DNA of 64,000 bases, taken from NCBI RefSeq assembly GCF_009914755.1, contig NC_060945.1; one strand, 5' to 3'. The first letter of the stretch is position 1. Each line of letters starts with the position of its first letter. The notes under the pieces are model-generated. The model worked only from the letters and a program-made list of their open reading frames with translations, searched no databases and was not told the origin of the DNA. Shown here piece by piece: positions 45,749 to 59,831 of this stretch. Both the position numbers and the translations under genes were made by a program. This stretch comes from the human T2T-CHM13v2.0 reference genome, Homo sapiens.

Positions 45749-46179
45749 TCATAGGTAGAATCTAAAAACTTGAACTCATAAAAGCAGAGAGTAGAATGGT
45801 GGTTACCTGGGGCTGACAGGTGGAGGGATTGGAGAGATACGAGCTAAAGAATATAAACTTTCAGTTAAACAGGTGGAATAAATTCAAGAAATATATTGTA
45901 CAACATAGCAACTATAGTTAATAGCAATGTATTGTATACCTGAAAATCATTATAAGCATAGGTTTTAAATGTTCACACCACAAAAAATGAGTCTGCAGTA
46001 ATATATATTTTAATTAGCTTTATCTAATTTAGCTCAGTTAGAATAAATTGTGTACATTTCCACATTGTATATATATTTCAGAACAGCATGTTGTGCAACA
46101 TAAGTATATACAATTTTTATGTGTCCACTAAAACTAAATTTTAAAAAGAGAAGGTCTCCAATAAATCAGTCCTCTCCAT

Positions 46180-46735
46180 GTCAACAACCCATTTGTGAGA
46201 CAACTTTGCCTTAACTCCCAGATTCAAGGGTAGGGACTCTTCCTGCCCCTTAAATCTGGGATGGCTTTGTGACTTGCTTTGACCAATAGAAAGCAATGCA
46301 GGTAATGTCCTGGGAGATTCAAGGTGACCCTTTGGAGGTCTTTCAAGCTTCTAATTTTGCTCAGGTGGAACCCAGCAGACATAAGAAGGAATCCAAACTT
46401 CCTAATATAAAGAGGGAGGTCACATGGAGGGGAGACCCTGGAGGATGAGACACTCCATATAAAGACAAGGGTCATGTGGAAGAGTAGCGAGGCTCCAGAG
46501 GTCTGCAAGCCCACTCATTTGGGCTGTCTCAGCTGAGGTTCTAGACAGGTGGGAGGCCACTTTTGATTCTTCAGACCCAGTCCAGGTGACAGCATGTGAA
46601 GCAGGGACAAGCTGCCCTCCAGAACCCTGCTCTGCTTCCTGTCCCAAAAACTTATTAATATAAGCTGTACAATGATGTTTATCTTGAGTAATAACTTTCT
46701 GGGTGATTTGTTATGCATCTCTTAATAACTGGTTA
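46180..46735 (+). mobile_element. Old MLT1 (F/G/H-like) LTR
   Basis: ccccttaaatctgggatggctttgtgacttgctttgaccaatagaa ... gggtgatttgttatgcatctcttaataactgg. Confidence 0.65.
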
Positions 46736-48199
46736 TAACCCTTCTGGGTGTGAACCAGATCCAGAGGAATATCTTGATGGTTCCTTATCTTTCAAGGAGC
46801 CCATCAAAGGAACTTAGCTCTTTATAAGGCTCGCTGGCTACCTGGTGGGTTTACACAGCACTACAGAACTGTGTTCACTGTGTTTTAACAACAGAAGATA
46901 TTACCCATCTTTGCCTGAAAATAGGTTTGTGTTGCTACAAGGAGGCACAGAATTATCTAAGCCCTGGGTCATCTCGGTGCCCAACATGAAAACAAAGAAT
47001 ATATTAAATAAAGAATGAAGTACACTAAGCCTAAATAATTCAGGGTTAGCATTGACAATTTTCATTGATGACGTGGATGATGAGAAAGAAAGAATGGTTA
47101 CTAAGTTGGAAGGTCTGTGATAGGGTGGGGGGACAGGACACTGAAAAGCTGGAATTTAAGGTAACTTATTAAAATAGATTATCATTAGAATGGGAAACCA
47201 TACATTCTGGAAATGTTGAGCTTTAAGGGCTTGAAAGGCTATTGACAAACAATGTGAAGGGACATGCTGGTTATGAGACATTTGCTGGAAATTGCCCTAC
47301 GAGATCATCTGGGCATCACATTCAGTTTGGGGAACACATTTAGTGAGGAGCATTGACAACCTGAAAATTGAATATCTTTTATTTCTGACACAGCAACAGA
47401 CATTCATCAGTCGTAAGTTGGCATTGGTTCTTGTAGGTTTCTTCTATCCTAAGATTTAGTTACATCATTTATGGATATTCAGTAGGCTTTGTTTTTGTCT
47501 GTTGATGTGCCCTCCATTTTCCTTCCCCGAGCCCACTCATTCCTACAGGAGGGATGATGCAGTACCCCTGTCTGACACACAGCTGGAGTGACGTGTTCAC
47601 TCACATGTGCAGTGCAGTCACTGTGTGCCCCATGATGCCAGTCATAATTTTAAATGACATAACTAGAGTTCGTAGGCTAGTGTGATTCCGATAAATGAGA
47701 CATTTATTCTCTAATAGGTAGCAATCTCCAAATAGTCCATTTTTAGTATGTTATGAATGGAACTAGAATATTATCATCTGACCTATCCAGGTGTTTAGGT
47801 AATGTGTGGTTATCTTTTTCTCTGAGAAATCACTAAATATTTATTTGGATAACAATTATAGTTCAATATTAATGCTTACAAAGAAAGAAAACCATTAAGC
47901 CTAAAGAATAATTTAAATACCTAAGGGTGTATTTTCAAAACTGCTCCCAAATACATAGTCATAAAAACTGTACAGTAAATACTGGCAATACCTTTAGCTT
48001 CTGAGTATTGAGAGCTATGGCATTAAAAAGTTCCATTAGAATGTAATTTGTATTTTTAAATGTTACATTACACTATAATCACTTCCACATTCAGCCTTGA
48101 TTAAGAAAGTCCCTATTTTCCCTTTTATCTTATGCAACTTGAGTCATGGTCAAAATATATGAAATAGTGATTTATAAATTTGGAAAACATGCAGGGAAG

Positions 48200-50000
48200 C
48201 CTGAAATAAGGAAAGCGAACAAAGTGAAATCTCTGCTTTTCCAGAGATGACCCAACCAGCCTGATGGTCTCTTCTCTGAGTTGAGAGCACAGTTTCAACG
48301 CTGAAGAGGCCACAGAGCTAGAATGTAGGAAAAAGTACTAGAGGAATCCTAGTGAGAGGTGGACAGATCCTGAGTTTTACAGAGGGCCCACCCCTGTCTT
48401 TTATTGAGTTATTCTGATAATGCATGTGGGAAGATTAGCCAAGGCTACGGCAAGAACAAGAATCACTGGAGCTCATACAGAGGTGGGAATAGTTTGTATC
48501 CCTGCAAGTCAGTGAAAGTATGTCTGAATATTTGAGAAATCAAGTAGAAACCACAGAATTGTATTAATATTACCTTAGTAAGGGAGCCAATCAGTTCTAG
48601 ACTGGAACCATGCAAACAAGAACTGTGCAAACAAGGCTTAAAGCAAGGCTTGATGGAATCATATTGAGGCCAAGTAACTCAACTGCATCCCAGTAAACTG
48701 TCCAACAATATTGAAAGAAAACTAAAAAATCCAGCACCCAAAACATAAAATTCAAAATGGCTGACATCCACTAAACAATTACAAAACATGTCTAAAGCAG
48801 AAATATGTATATATTATATAAAGCAAAATTATATATATGGAGAAAAATAAATCCATTTTAACAGTCCAAAAAATAAAGAAATGAAACAGATGATAAAATT
48901 AACAGGCAAGGAAATTAAAACACGGATCATAAATATGTGCCATTTTCAAGAAGGCAGAAAAAGGATAGTATAAATGGAAATAGAATATAAAAATTAAACC
49001 CAAGTAAGACTTTAGAAGATAAGAAATTTAATATCTGAAATGAAAAATTATCATTGGTTGGGATTAATAGGAAGTTGGGCAATGCAGAAGAAATCATCTG
49101 TGAACTCATAAACAACAATAGAAACTACACAAAATGAAATACGGATAGAAAAAGAACCAGATAAAAATGAACAAAGCATCAATGACTTGAAGTGTAATAT
49201 CAAGCAGTATAGAATATGTGCAATTAGAGACTTAGGGGAGGCAGAGTTAGGACTCCTATCAGAGGAAAGAAGAGATAGAACAGAAAAAATATTTGAAGGG
49301 AGTATTGAAATAAATAGTTCCAAAGTTGATGAAACTATAAAGCCACAGATGCAATAAGTACCGTTAATATTAAGCCAAGGACATATGAAGAAAACAACAC
49401 CGAGATGCATCATTATCAAACTGCTGAAAGCCAGTCATGAAGAAAAAAATATCTAAAGGGGCCAGGGTTAAATTACGAACAAATGAAGACAAGAAAGACA
49501 AGATTTTGCCATGCAAACCAGAGACAATGGGGTGACACTTGTAAAGTTTTCAAAGAAAAACTGTTGATATAGAATTCTCTATACAGTACAAAAAAAAAAA
49601 ATTCAAAAAAGTAAGTAAAGTTGAGTCTTGCTAAAACTAACCAAAGTAGAAAGAAGTCATTGCCCACAGACCTGCACTAAACTGCTCACAGGAGCCTTTC
49701 TGGCAGAAAGAAAAGAACATCAGAAAAAATTCAACCGATGTAAACAAGTGAGGAGCATGAGAGTCAGAAAATATGTGGTTAAATGTAACACCTTTTATTA
49801 TCAGTTTTAAAATATCTTTAAAAGATAATTAACCATTTAAAAGATAATTAACCATATTTTGTGAAGTTTACATCATATGTAGAAATAAAATACACACAAA
49901 AATAGTAGCAAGTCTAGCAGGGGAGTATTGGAAATACACTGTAATAAGATTCAACAATATATGTGACCAGACTCAATATTACTTGAAGATAGACAGTAAT

Positions 50001-50055
<55 letters not shown>

Positions 50056-50689
50056 AATTGTAGGGGAAAACAAACAAGCAAACAATAACAACAAAAGAGG
50101 GGCAGAATAAGCCACGAATGGAGACAAAATAATGTTTTATACAATTAATACAATGAAATATGGACTTAATCCAAAAGAAGGCAAGAAAGGGGGAAAGATA
50201 GAACAAAGGATAGATAGGATAAGCAGAAAACAAATAGCAAGACTGAAACCCAACATTGTCAATAATCACACTGAATTTTGATACTGCAAGTATTTCAACT
50301 AAAAAGCAAATATTATCAGATTGTATAAAATGCAAGACCTAATCATATGCTGTGTAAAAGAAACATACTTTAAGTTAAGTCATAGAAAGGTTAAAGCAAA
50401 AAGATATAAAAAATAAGGCAAACAAAAAATCTCACATAAACACTACTCAACATAAGTTATAATAGCTAAAACCATTGATGTGAAATAGATATCAAAGTGA
50501 TAAACAGAAAGACTGAAGAAGTGAAAATGAGAGAAGACACACATTACCAATATAAGTAATGAAATACGAGATGCCACTGAAGATCTTCCAGATATTAGAA
50601 TAATAAGAGAATAATATGGGCAATTCTACACATACAAATTAAACACCTTAGACTAGTTTCTCATAAAACCACAAACTACCAATACTCAC
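48200..50689 (+). mobile_element. Old L1M: 5' region, ORF1 and early ORF2 remnants, with (CA)n at 50005-50052
   Basis: A-rich degenerate ORF1/ORF2 motifs (gatgaaactataaagccacagatgcaa; caataatcacactgaat; acacattaccaatataagtaatgaaa). Confidence 0.7.
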
Positions 50690-51062
50690 TAATATGGTTT
50701 GGCTCTGTGTCCCCACCCAAATCTCATCTTGTAGCTCCCATAATTCCCATGTGTTGTGGGAAGGACCTGGTGGGAGTTGTTTGGGTTATGGAGTTGGGTC
50801 TTTCGCTTTCCTGTTCTTGTGGTAGTGAATAAGTCTCACAAGATCTGATGGTTTGATAAGGGGAAACCCGTTTCATTTGGCATTCATTCTCTCTTTGCCT
50901 GCTGCCATCCATCTAAGATGTGACTTGCTCTTCCTTGCCTCTGCCATGATTTTGAGGCTCCCCCAGCCATGTGGAACTGTAGGTCCAGTTAAACCTCTTG
51001 CTTTTGTAAATTGCCCAGTCTTGGGTATGTCTTTATCAGCGGCATGAAAATGGACGAATACC
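50690..51062 (+). mobile_element. THE1C-like 5' LTR
   Basis: atatggtttggctctgtgtccccacccaaatctcatcttgtagctcccataattccc ... ggtatgtctttatcagcggcatgaaaatggacgaatac. Confidence 0.9.
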
Positions 51063-52385
51063 GTAAATTGGTACAGTCCAGTGGGGTGCTGATGAAAAGA
51101 TACCTGAAAATGTGGAAGTGACTTTGCAACTGGGTAACAAGAAGAGGCTGGGAACAGTTTGGAGGGCTCAGAAGAAGACAGGAAAATATGGGAAAGTTTG
51201 GAACTCCCTAGAGCCTAGTTGAATGGCTTTAACAAAAATGCTGATAATTATATGGACAATGAAACCCAGGCTGAGGTGGTCTCAGATGGAGATGAGGAAC
51301 TTGTTGGGAACTGGAGCAAAGGTGACTCTTGTTATGTTTTAACAAAGAGACTGATGGCATTTTGCCCCTGCCCTAGAGATCTGTGGAACTTTGAACTTGA
51401 CAGATATGATTTAGGGTATCTGGTGGAAGGAATTTCTAAGCAGCAAAGCATTCAAGATGTGACTAGGGTGCTGTTAAAGGCATTCAGTTTTAAAAGGGGA
51501 ACAGAGCATTAAGGTTGGGAAAATTTGTAACATCACCATGCGATGGAAAAGAAAATATATTCTGAGGAAAAATCCAGTTTGCTGCAGAAATTTGAATAAG
51601 TAACTAGGAGCCAAATGTTAATCCCCAAGACAATGGGGAAAATGTCTCCAGGGCATGTCAGAGACCTCTGTAGCCCCTCCCATCACAGACCTGAAGGAAA
51701 AAGTGGTTTCATGGGCCAAGCCCAAGGTCTCTGTGTGCAGCCTAGGGCCTTGGGGCCCTGCATCTCAGCTGCTCCAGCTGTGGCTGAAAGGGACCAACAT
51801 AGAGCTCAGGCTGTGGCTTCAGAGGGTACAAGCCTCAAGTCTTGGCAGCTTCCACATGGTGTTGACCCTGCGAGTGCACAGAAGTCAAGAATTGAGATTT
51901 GGGAACCTCCACCTAGATTTTAAAACATGTATGGAAATGCCTGGATGCCCAGGCAGAAGTTTGCTGCAGGGGCAGGGCCCTCATGGAGAACCTCTGCTAC
52001 GGCAGTGCAGAAGGGAAATGTGGGGTCAGAGTCCCCACACAGAGTACCTACTGGGGCACCACCTAGTAGAGCCAAAAGAAGGGGGCCACTGTCCTCCAGA
52101 CCCCAGAAAGGTAGATCCACTGACAACTTGCATCATGCATCTGGAAAAGCTGCAGACACTCAACACCAGCCCATGAATGGAGCCAGGAGGGAGGCTATAC
52201 CCTGCAAAGCCACAGAGGCAGAGCTGCCCAGACCATGGGAACCCACCTCTTGCATCAGCATGACCCAGATGCAAGACATGGAGTCAAAGGAGATCATTTT
52301 GGAGCTTTAAGATTTGACTGCCCTACTGGATTTGGGACTTACATGGGGCCTGTAGCCCCTTTGTTTTTGCCAATTTCTCCTATTT
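51063..52385 (+). mobile_element. THE1 internal region, 3'-truncated with no 3' LTR
   Basis: Starts gtaaattggtac; MaLR-int peptide remnants (QAEVVSDGDEELVGNWSKGDSCY, MYGNAWMPRQKFAAG). Confidence 0.9.
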
Positions 52386-52390
52386 CTCTT

Positions 52391-53370
52391 GATTCAATGC
52401 AATCCCAATCATCATCCCAGCAGGATATTGACAAACTAATTATAAAGTCTGCAAGGAAATTCCAAAGATACAGGATGACTGAAACAACTTTGAATAAGAA
52501 CAAAGTGAAAGGATTTAGACTACTTGGTTTTAAGACTCATTATAGAGTTACCTAATCAAGACAGTATATTATTCACACAAAGATAAACATAGGGACCTAA
52601 GGAGCTGATTAGATTCTGAAAACAGACCCACACAGATAGAGTTAATTGGTTTTCAACAAATGTGCACAGGTAATTCAATGGAGAAAGAAAAAATTCAAAA
52701 AGTAGTGCTGGAATATGTGAACATACATAGGGGAAAAAAAACTAAGAAATCTGTATGGCCAAAATGGACCTCAATTATTGCTTCAAACCATATACAGAAC
52801 TTAACTTGAAGTAGCTCATAGACCTAAATGTAAGAGCTGAAACTGTAATATTTCTGGAAGAAAACATTTAAGAAAACGGAAGTGACCTTAGGCTAAGCAA
52901 AGATGTTTTATATGGGACAAAAATAATTTGAGCTATAAAAGAAAAAATATTTATAAAACAAGTTACATCACAGCTGAAAACCATTGCTCTTCCAAAAATA
53001 CGTTTAAGAAAATAAAAAGTCCAACTGCAGATTAAGAGAAAATATTTACAAAACATATATATGATAAGGGACCGGTATCTAGCACATATAAGAGTTCTTA
53101 GAACTCGACTATAAGAAAACAAAAGTCTTCTTTGCCATTTACAATGTGCAAAATATTTGAACAGATACTTAGTGAAAGGAGATATATGAACAGTCAATTA
53201 GCATATTTTAAATGTTTAATATCATTTTCAGGGAAATGTAAAGTAAAACCACAATGAGATACCAACGCATACCTCCTAGAATAGCTAAAATTAAAACGTA
53301 CTGTGAAGAACTGAGACAACTAAACTTTTCAACTATTACTTGTGGGAATGCAAAATATTAATGAATAATT
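52391..53370 (+). mobile_element. Old L1M ORF2 3' remnant
   Basis: gattcaatgcaatcccaatc ... gtaaaaccacaatgagatacc. Confidence 0.8.
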
Positions 53371-56065
53371 TACACTTTTTCCATGAGGTACATTTTGATA
53401 TTGCTTAGTCCCTATTTTTCTCTTTCTTTTTCTTTAATGTTGGCCTTACAATATTAAATGTATTTCAGATCCTAACAATGAGTGCAACCTGCAGTGTGAA
53501 ATACATTGATCCAGTTAGCTATATAGGTATGTCTCAAAAATCACAGATTATTATTATCAAAGTGCAGAGAATATCTCGAGTGAGTCATTACCTGCCGACA
53601 TGAACCTGCCTAAGGCAACAAAGTGTTCTGATAAAGCACAAGGTAAGTCATCAGGTCTAAAAGCTAAAAAGATAATTTATCAAGACATGGGACAAAGGAA
53701 GGAAGAGCTATTTATTCATCTCAGCTTTATTCAGCATATAGATATTCACAAGTAACCAAGAGACAATTTTCTTACCCTCAATAAAATATATCCAAAGTTA
53801 CATATAGCAGGATTTATAATATATGCCTACAACATTTTCCAGGATCAAAGCTACAGAAAGAAGGTGTGATTCCATGGAAACAAAGGAAGAAAAAGCCTGA
53901 GAAAAAAAGACCTGGAATTTGATTTGGACGTTTTTCACATGTTAGGTACTCAATAGAATGTATTTCTTGATATCAAATTAAAGATTATCATCAAACGAGC
54001 CTGATTTTTTCTAACAAAGCTCTGTATTTATATTTAAATGTAGGATACATGATTTTATATAGTTATAAAAAAAGAAAAGACAGATGGAATTTAACTGGCT
54101 CAATTTCTAGGACAAAATAGCAGTGCAACATGGCGGAATATAAAAGGGCACTGTCATCTACAGTCTCTTTAACAGAGCGTGCCAAAAGTTGGTGGCACCA
54201 CTGTTAGACTGTTCAAACAACAAACAGAGCTAATATACTGAGTTATAGATGTATTTCAAAGAGAAATGAATATGAGGTAGACAAACTAATGAATGACCCA
54301 GGTCTGGATGGTCACTGTGCAAGATGCTGAGGAGTGAGACCAAATGTTTTCAAGGAGCACAGTTGCTTAGGAGACATTGTGATAATACTGGAAGAGAAAT
54401 CTAGAATCCTGAAAGGACAAAAGAACTGGCCTAGGCCTGGACAGGGAAGTTGCCCTGGCCCTGGAGAAATCTGATCTGCAGAACTGCACAAATGCCTCTA
54501 TCCCTCTAAGGGAGATCTCACACCCTGGCAAGGTAATTGCTGTGAGGCACCATTTGCACAGGCTCCCCAGGGGGCCGGTGGGACCCTCTTCGAGGGTCTT
54601 CTCATCCTTATACACTGCTTCCCCTCTCTAAACTCTCCCAACCCCTGCCGCAATCCCTATACACACCTTCCCCCAACTCTCAGGACGGCACCATCATGTC
54701 ATGCATCGCTGTCATCATTATCCATTTTTATTAATGACACATAGGTTTTATAGCTCAGATTTTCTATTTTTAGGCAGAAAAAAAGGTTGGGAACTACAGG
54801 CACACAGGATTACTTCAAACTTCCAAAATAGGCAAAAGAGGTTATTTGCAATCTAGACTTCATCAGTTTTTCTGTGCAAATATATTTTTTTCAATAAAAT
54901 GACCTGCACACTTGGACATGATGTGAAAAGTCCTGCCTTGGCTGGACATGAGGGGATCCCCTTTTTCTGGATTGGACACATTTGATTTAACGCTCTGCTT
55001 CATACCTGTCCTTCAAGGCTCTGCTCCTGCCCACTCCTCTATTTCTTTGTGGCATTTTTCTGACAGCCCATCCTGCATTGGTTTCTCCCCTTTCTGAACT
55101 CCGTTACCCTTATTTGTACTGATCGCTTGACCCACTGTGCTCACACACAGATTATGTCTTCATCTGTCTGCGTGTTTTATCAATAAAGGAAGGAAAAGCC
55201 TCGTAATTATTTGTAGAAATACCCTTGGTTGCACTCTGTGCCTGGTAAGTTTTTGGTGCTTAATGGATGCTTGTTGAAGTTATCTAATAAAGAAAATGGA
55301 CATTCCTCTTGCCATCTCTTGTGTAAATGTTGTCATTTTGCCAAAATAAGCAGACAAAGAGTTTGGAGACAAGAATAGTCACTGTATTTCAAGACAAAGC
55401 AAGAGCAAAATGAAAAATGACAGGTTTGTAGTTTCAGCAATTTGGGGAAAAAAGTGAGCTATTTGCAAAAAAAAATTGTAGGGATTGATATAAACTTCAA
55501 TTGAGTTGATAGAATTATTAAACTAAAAGAAAATAAGGATCCTATAATAAAAACTTTAATAAAATTTCATGAATGATATGTCTAGGAGAGGTATTATACT
55601 ACTCTCTAGTGGTTGGATTATAGAGCAAGATGATTTCAGAATTAATTTAGGATTTTTTTAGAAAGATAAAAACAGAAATGTAAATAAAATTTAAAATCTC
55701 ATTCTTTCATGAACATTTCATGCCCCCCAAAAATGCTTTATAATTTCAAAATTCAAGAACATCTCATGTAACTAGCTATCATTACAGGTGAAAATCAAGG
55801 GACTCTGGAACGTGCAATGCTCCTTCAAATTTTGTCATCTGAAAAGGTGACATTGGTCTGATTTGGTTGAGGCATCTGACTATATCTGTAACTCTGACGT
55901 CCATATTTGCATTTCCAATATGACAACTCCCAACTGAATAGGAAATTTCCTAAAATTTTCCTTTAATAGCATTGTAAAGTTGTTAAGGTTGCGTGAACAT
56001 CTATTTTTATCTCATTTATTTTCATTTTTTATTGCCAATATATAATATTTCATACAGATTTAATT

Positions 56066-56173
56066 TTATTATTATTATACTTAAAGTTTTAGGGTACATG
56101 TGCACAATGTGCAGGTTTGTTACATATGTATACATGTGCCATGTTGGTGTGCTGCACCCATTAACTCGTCATT
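56066..56173 (-). mobile_element. Very short 5'-truncated L1PA 3' end
   Basis: attatacttaaagttttagggtacatgtgcac ...; 13-bp TSD tacagatttaatt (56053-56065 / 56174-56186). Confidence 0.92.
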
Positions 56174-57795
56174 TACAGATTTAATTCTTTTTGAGCAGAA
56201 ACCATTTTTCAAGACAATAAAGGTGAAGAAATAAGGTAATCTTTAAATAATCATTATAAAGATCTTGCAAATTGATGGTAAATTTCTGAGTACAATAGAA
56301 AATACATTAGAATCAATTTCAGAAACATGAACACAAGTTAATTGTTGTGTCTAATGTGTAATATTGCATTTGATATTTGATGAAGAAAAATAGATATACA
56401 GAGCCATGTATATGTCCATATTAGACAGTAAATAACTCATATTTTATCTTATTGCTATAGTATGGAATTTAGCTATAATAACCACCCAGATATTTCCGGT
56501 CTGGTTCTAGATATATAAAGCAATTTAATTCAGTTTAACTTAGCAAATTATAATCGTTGTGCTTAGTTAATATTAATCACAAGAAAAATTAAAAAATCCC
56601 TTTCACATAAGTACATCACTTGACATAATAGACATGAAGAAAGGATCACAATAACAAAATACAAAAAAAAAGTTGTTTATACAAATTATCTCATTTATTT
56701 CTAAGAAAAATGCCTGTCCACTATCATGATCCTCATGTATAAACGGGGAAGGTGAGGCTCCAAATTATGAAGCCCCTTGCCCTCAGTAACTTTAAGGCAG
56801 CCTCAAACCTAGACCTAGTGCGTGGATACACCTGCCCTTTCTTCTATGCAAAAGTTCCTCAACAAAAGGCAGATTGGAGAACTTCCTTGGAAGTAACCAT
56901 TGAAGTACGATAGGGGATTAGAGGGGTGTAAAGAACCTTCATGAACATGAAGCCAGAGTATCAGTTGTGTTCGGCAGGAGATTTCAATGCCATCCATTGA
57001 AAGCATTGAGATTCAGTGTTATCCATTGTGTTTGGCAGGAGATTTCAATGCTCAGATTCTGGAAAACTGTCTGGGTGGGAAGACAGGAAAGTAAGGCTGG
57101 CCAGAGGAAAGGATTCAGTGAACGTCCTCTAAACTTTGACATGGTATCTGAGCAAAAAATCTTCTAAGAGTTTAAGTTTTGACCAACCAATAAGTTTTAA
57201 TTGAAATTCAAGTTAAAGATGTGGATGCTGAAAAAAACTATGATATCTGTAAATCCAATTCATATAGTTCTGCAGCTGGGAACGGGAGAATTTTGTAATA
57301 TTCCAAGGAGGGTGTTTAGGTTATGTGAGGTGAAGATTATGGCCACAAGAACATGGGTTTTACTGGCAATCAAAGCAAGCCTTCTTTTGCTCAGGATTGC
57401 CGGTACTGAAGGGCAAAAGTAAGATTGTTTAGCAAACAGTAAAAATTAGTGTTTTAGAAAACATCTAATTAATTATCACAACATAAACCAAAAAGGAATT
57501 TTGTATGTGAAACTAGAACAATCTGCTAAAATGAGGGGATAGGCTAGGATGTGAATAAACTGGATAGATATGAAAAAACATGATAAATGAATTAAGGACT
57601 GAAAACAGTAGAATAATGCATAAAATTGAATTAGTGGGGTAAAATACAAATACAAACTATAAATGTTTCACAAAAATTTAGAGAAAAAAAACCCCTGATA
57701 GAACAATTTAAAAACCTATGAACTGGACATGAATATTCAACCTATTTTTTTCCAAAAATTCCAGGAATTCAGGACACAGAAAAGGAAATAATTAA

Positions 57796-58110
<315 letters not shown>

Positions 58111-59374
58111 CAGAAAATATTTTTTAAATGTATTCAAGAGTTCATAAAATCCTGTGTTTTCAGATAGAAAAATTCATGAAGTATCCGAAATATTATTTAA
58201 AAGAGAAATAATTCTGAAACATATATCAAAGAATTTTGAAATATAGGGGTAAAGAAAGTTTTCTAACTGTGCAGGCTGGTAAAACAGGTAATTTATACAT
58301 GAAAACACTGGGTTTCATCATCCAAGGTCAATGGAACAGAATATGCACCTCTCTGAGCAAACTTCTATACCCAGCCATCTTATCTTTCATATATGAGGGC
58401 AAAGAAAGAGATTCACCCAGATTCAAGGTCTCACCAGCTATACCACTCACATATAATTTCTGGGAAAAATTACTCAGATACATCTTCTAGCCTATCAAAA
58501 GAACTCAAGAATGTATTGCATAACTTAATCTCAGCTAAACATAAATTATGTCAAAAGATATGATATGGTCATGAAACCTAAAATCAATTCTATCATTGTC
58601 AGCATCATCATCACCATGTATAAAGTCTCACATTATTGTTATTGGAACAAGGAACTGACTAGAAAGAATAAAAAATTAAAATTATATAAAATTACCCACT
58701 TTATACCCAAGAAACCCATAGATACTTTTTTATTCTTGGCTTTTACACCTATAAAAAAGTTTGGATAAGTATATATAAAATTTAAGAGTAATCATTAGAA
58801 CAAATACTGAAGGAATGCTTTTGAGTCATTAGAGAAAAAGTGGTTATGAAAATGACATATTAAGGGACTGATAATATAATAAAACAAAAAAATTAGGCAC
58901 AAAGCAAAATACAGTAACAGGATACCAATTGTGATAGCTTTGTAGCTCAAGAAAACTCATATTTTCAAGAATATTGAATAATTTGATGAGATAATCACAA
59001 TGTAACACTGGTAAAATAAGCCCGGTGAGAAATTATATATAAACAATGCCAATTTTCATTTTTAAAGTAAGTCTATAGATATATGTGAAAGACTAAAAGG
59101 AAACAGTTTGACATGAATCTGCGCTTGAGTGTATGACTCAAGATCTATGACTTGGGTTCTGGATTTCGTTTATCTTTTCTTTATCCGTATCAAAAGCCTC
59201 TACATTTGCTAAAATCAGAATGCCTGGTATTTATAATTCAGAAAATCAGCTTTTGTTTTCAAAAGGTGGAAGCCACTGAAATCCTGAGGAAAACTGAGGG
59301 AATCAAGTCAAACTTTATGGAGCAAGCAGGAAGGTCAGGATTCAGGAGAGTTGGTTTGAACCAAGTATCTATGG

Positions 59375-59831
59375 TGTTATGGGTTGAATTCTGTTTCCCC
59401 AAAATTTGTATGTTCATGTCCTACCACCAGTATCTCAGAATGTGAACTTATTTGAGAATACTGTCCTTGCAGATGAAATTAGCTGAATGAGGTCATTAGA
59501 GTGAGCACTAATCCAATATGCCTGGTATCTTTATACAAAGGGGGAATTTGGACACAAACGGACATACAAGAATGCCATGTGACCCTGAAGGCAGATATCA
59601 GATGATGTTTCTACAAGCCAACAAAATGCCAAAGATTACCAGCAAACGACCAGAAGCTACGATCAAGGAATGGAACAGATTCTCTCTCAGAGTCCTCAGA
59701 AGGAAGAACCCTGCTGATACCTTGATCTCAGACTTCCAGCCTCCAAAACTGGGAGATGATGCATTTCTTTCGCTGTAAGCCACTCACTGTGTGTGCTTTG
59801 TGATGGCAGACCCAGCATACTAAACTAATAT
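59375..59831 (+). mobile_element. MLT1B/C-type LTR
   Basis: tgttatgggttgaattctgtttccccaaaatt ... ccttgatctcagacttccagcctcc. Confidence 0.87.

Noticed and set aside
49817-49855. 19-nt tandem duplication tttaaaagataattaacca
   Set aside because: Ordinary slippage inside an old L1, with no further structure.
51219-52555. Cluster of long ORFs (up to 173 aa)
   Set aside because: Fragmented THE1/MaLR internal sequence with stops and frameshifts.
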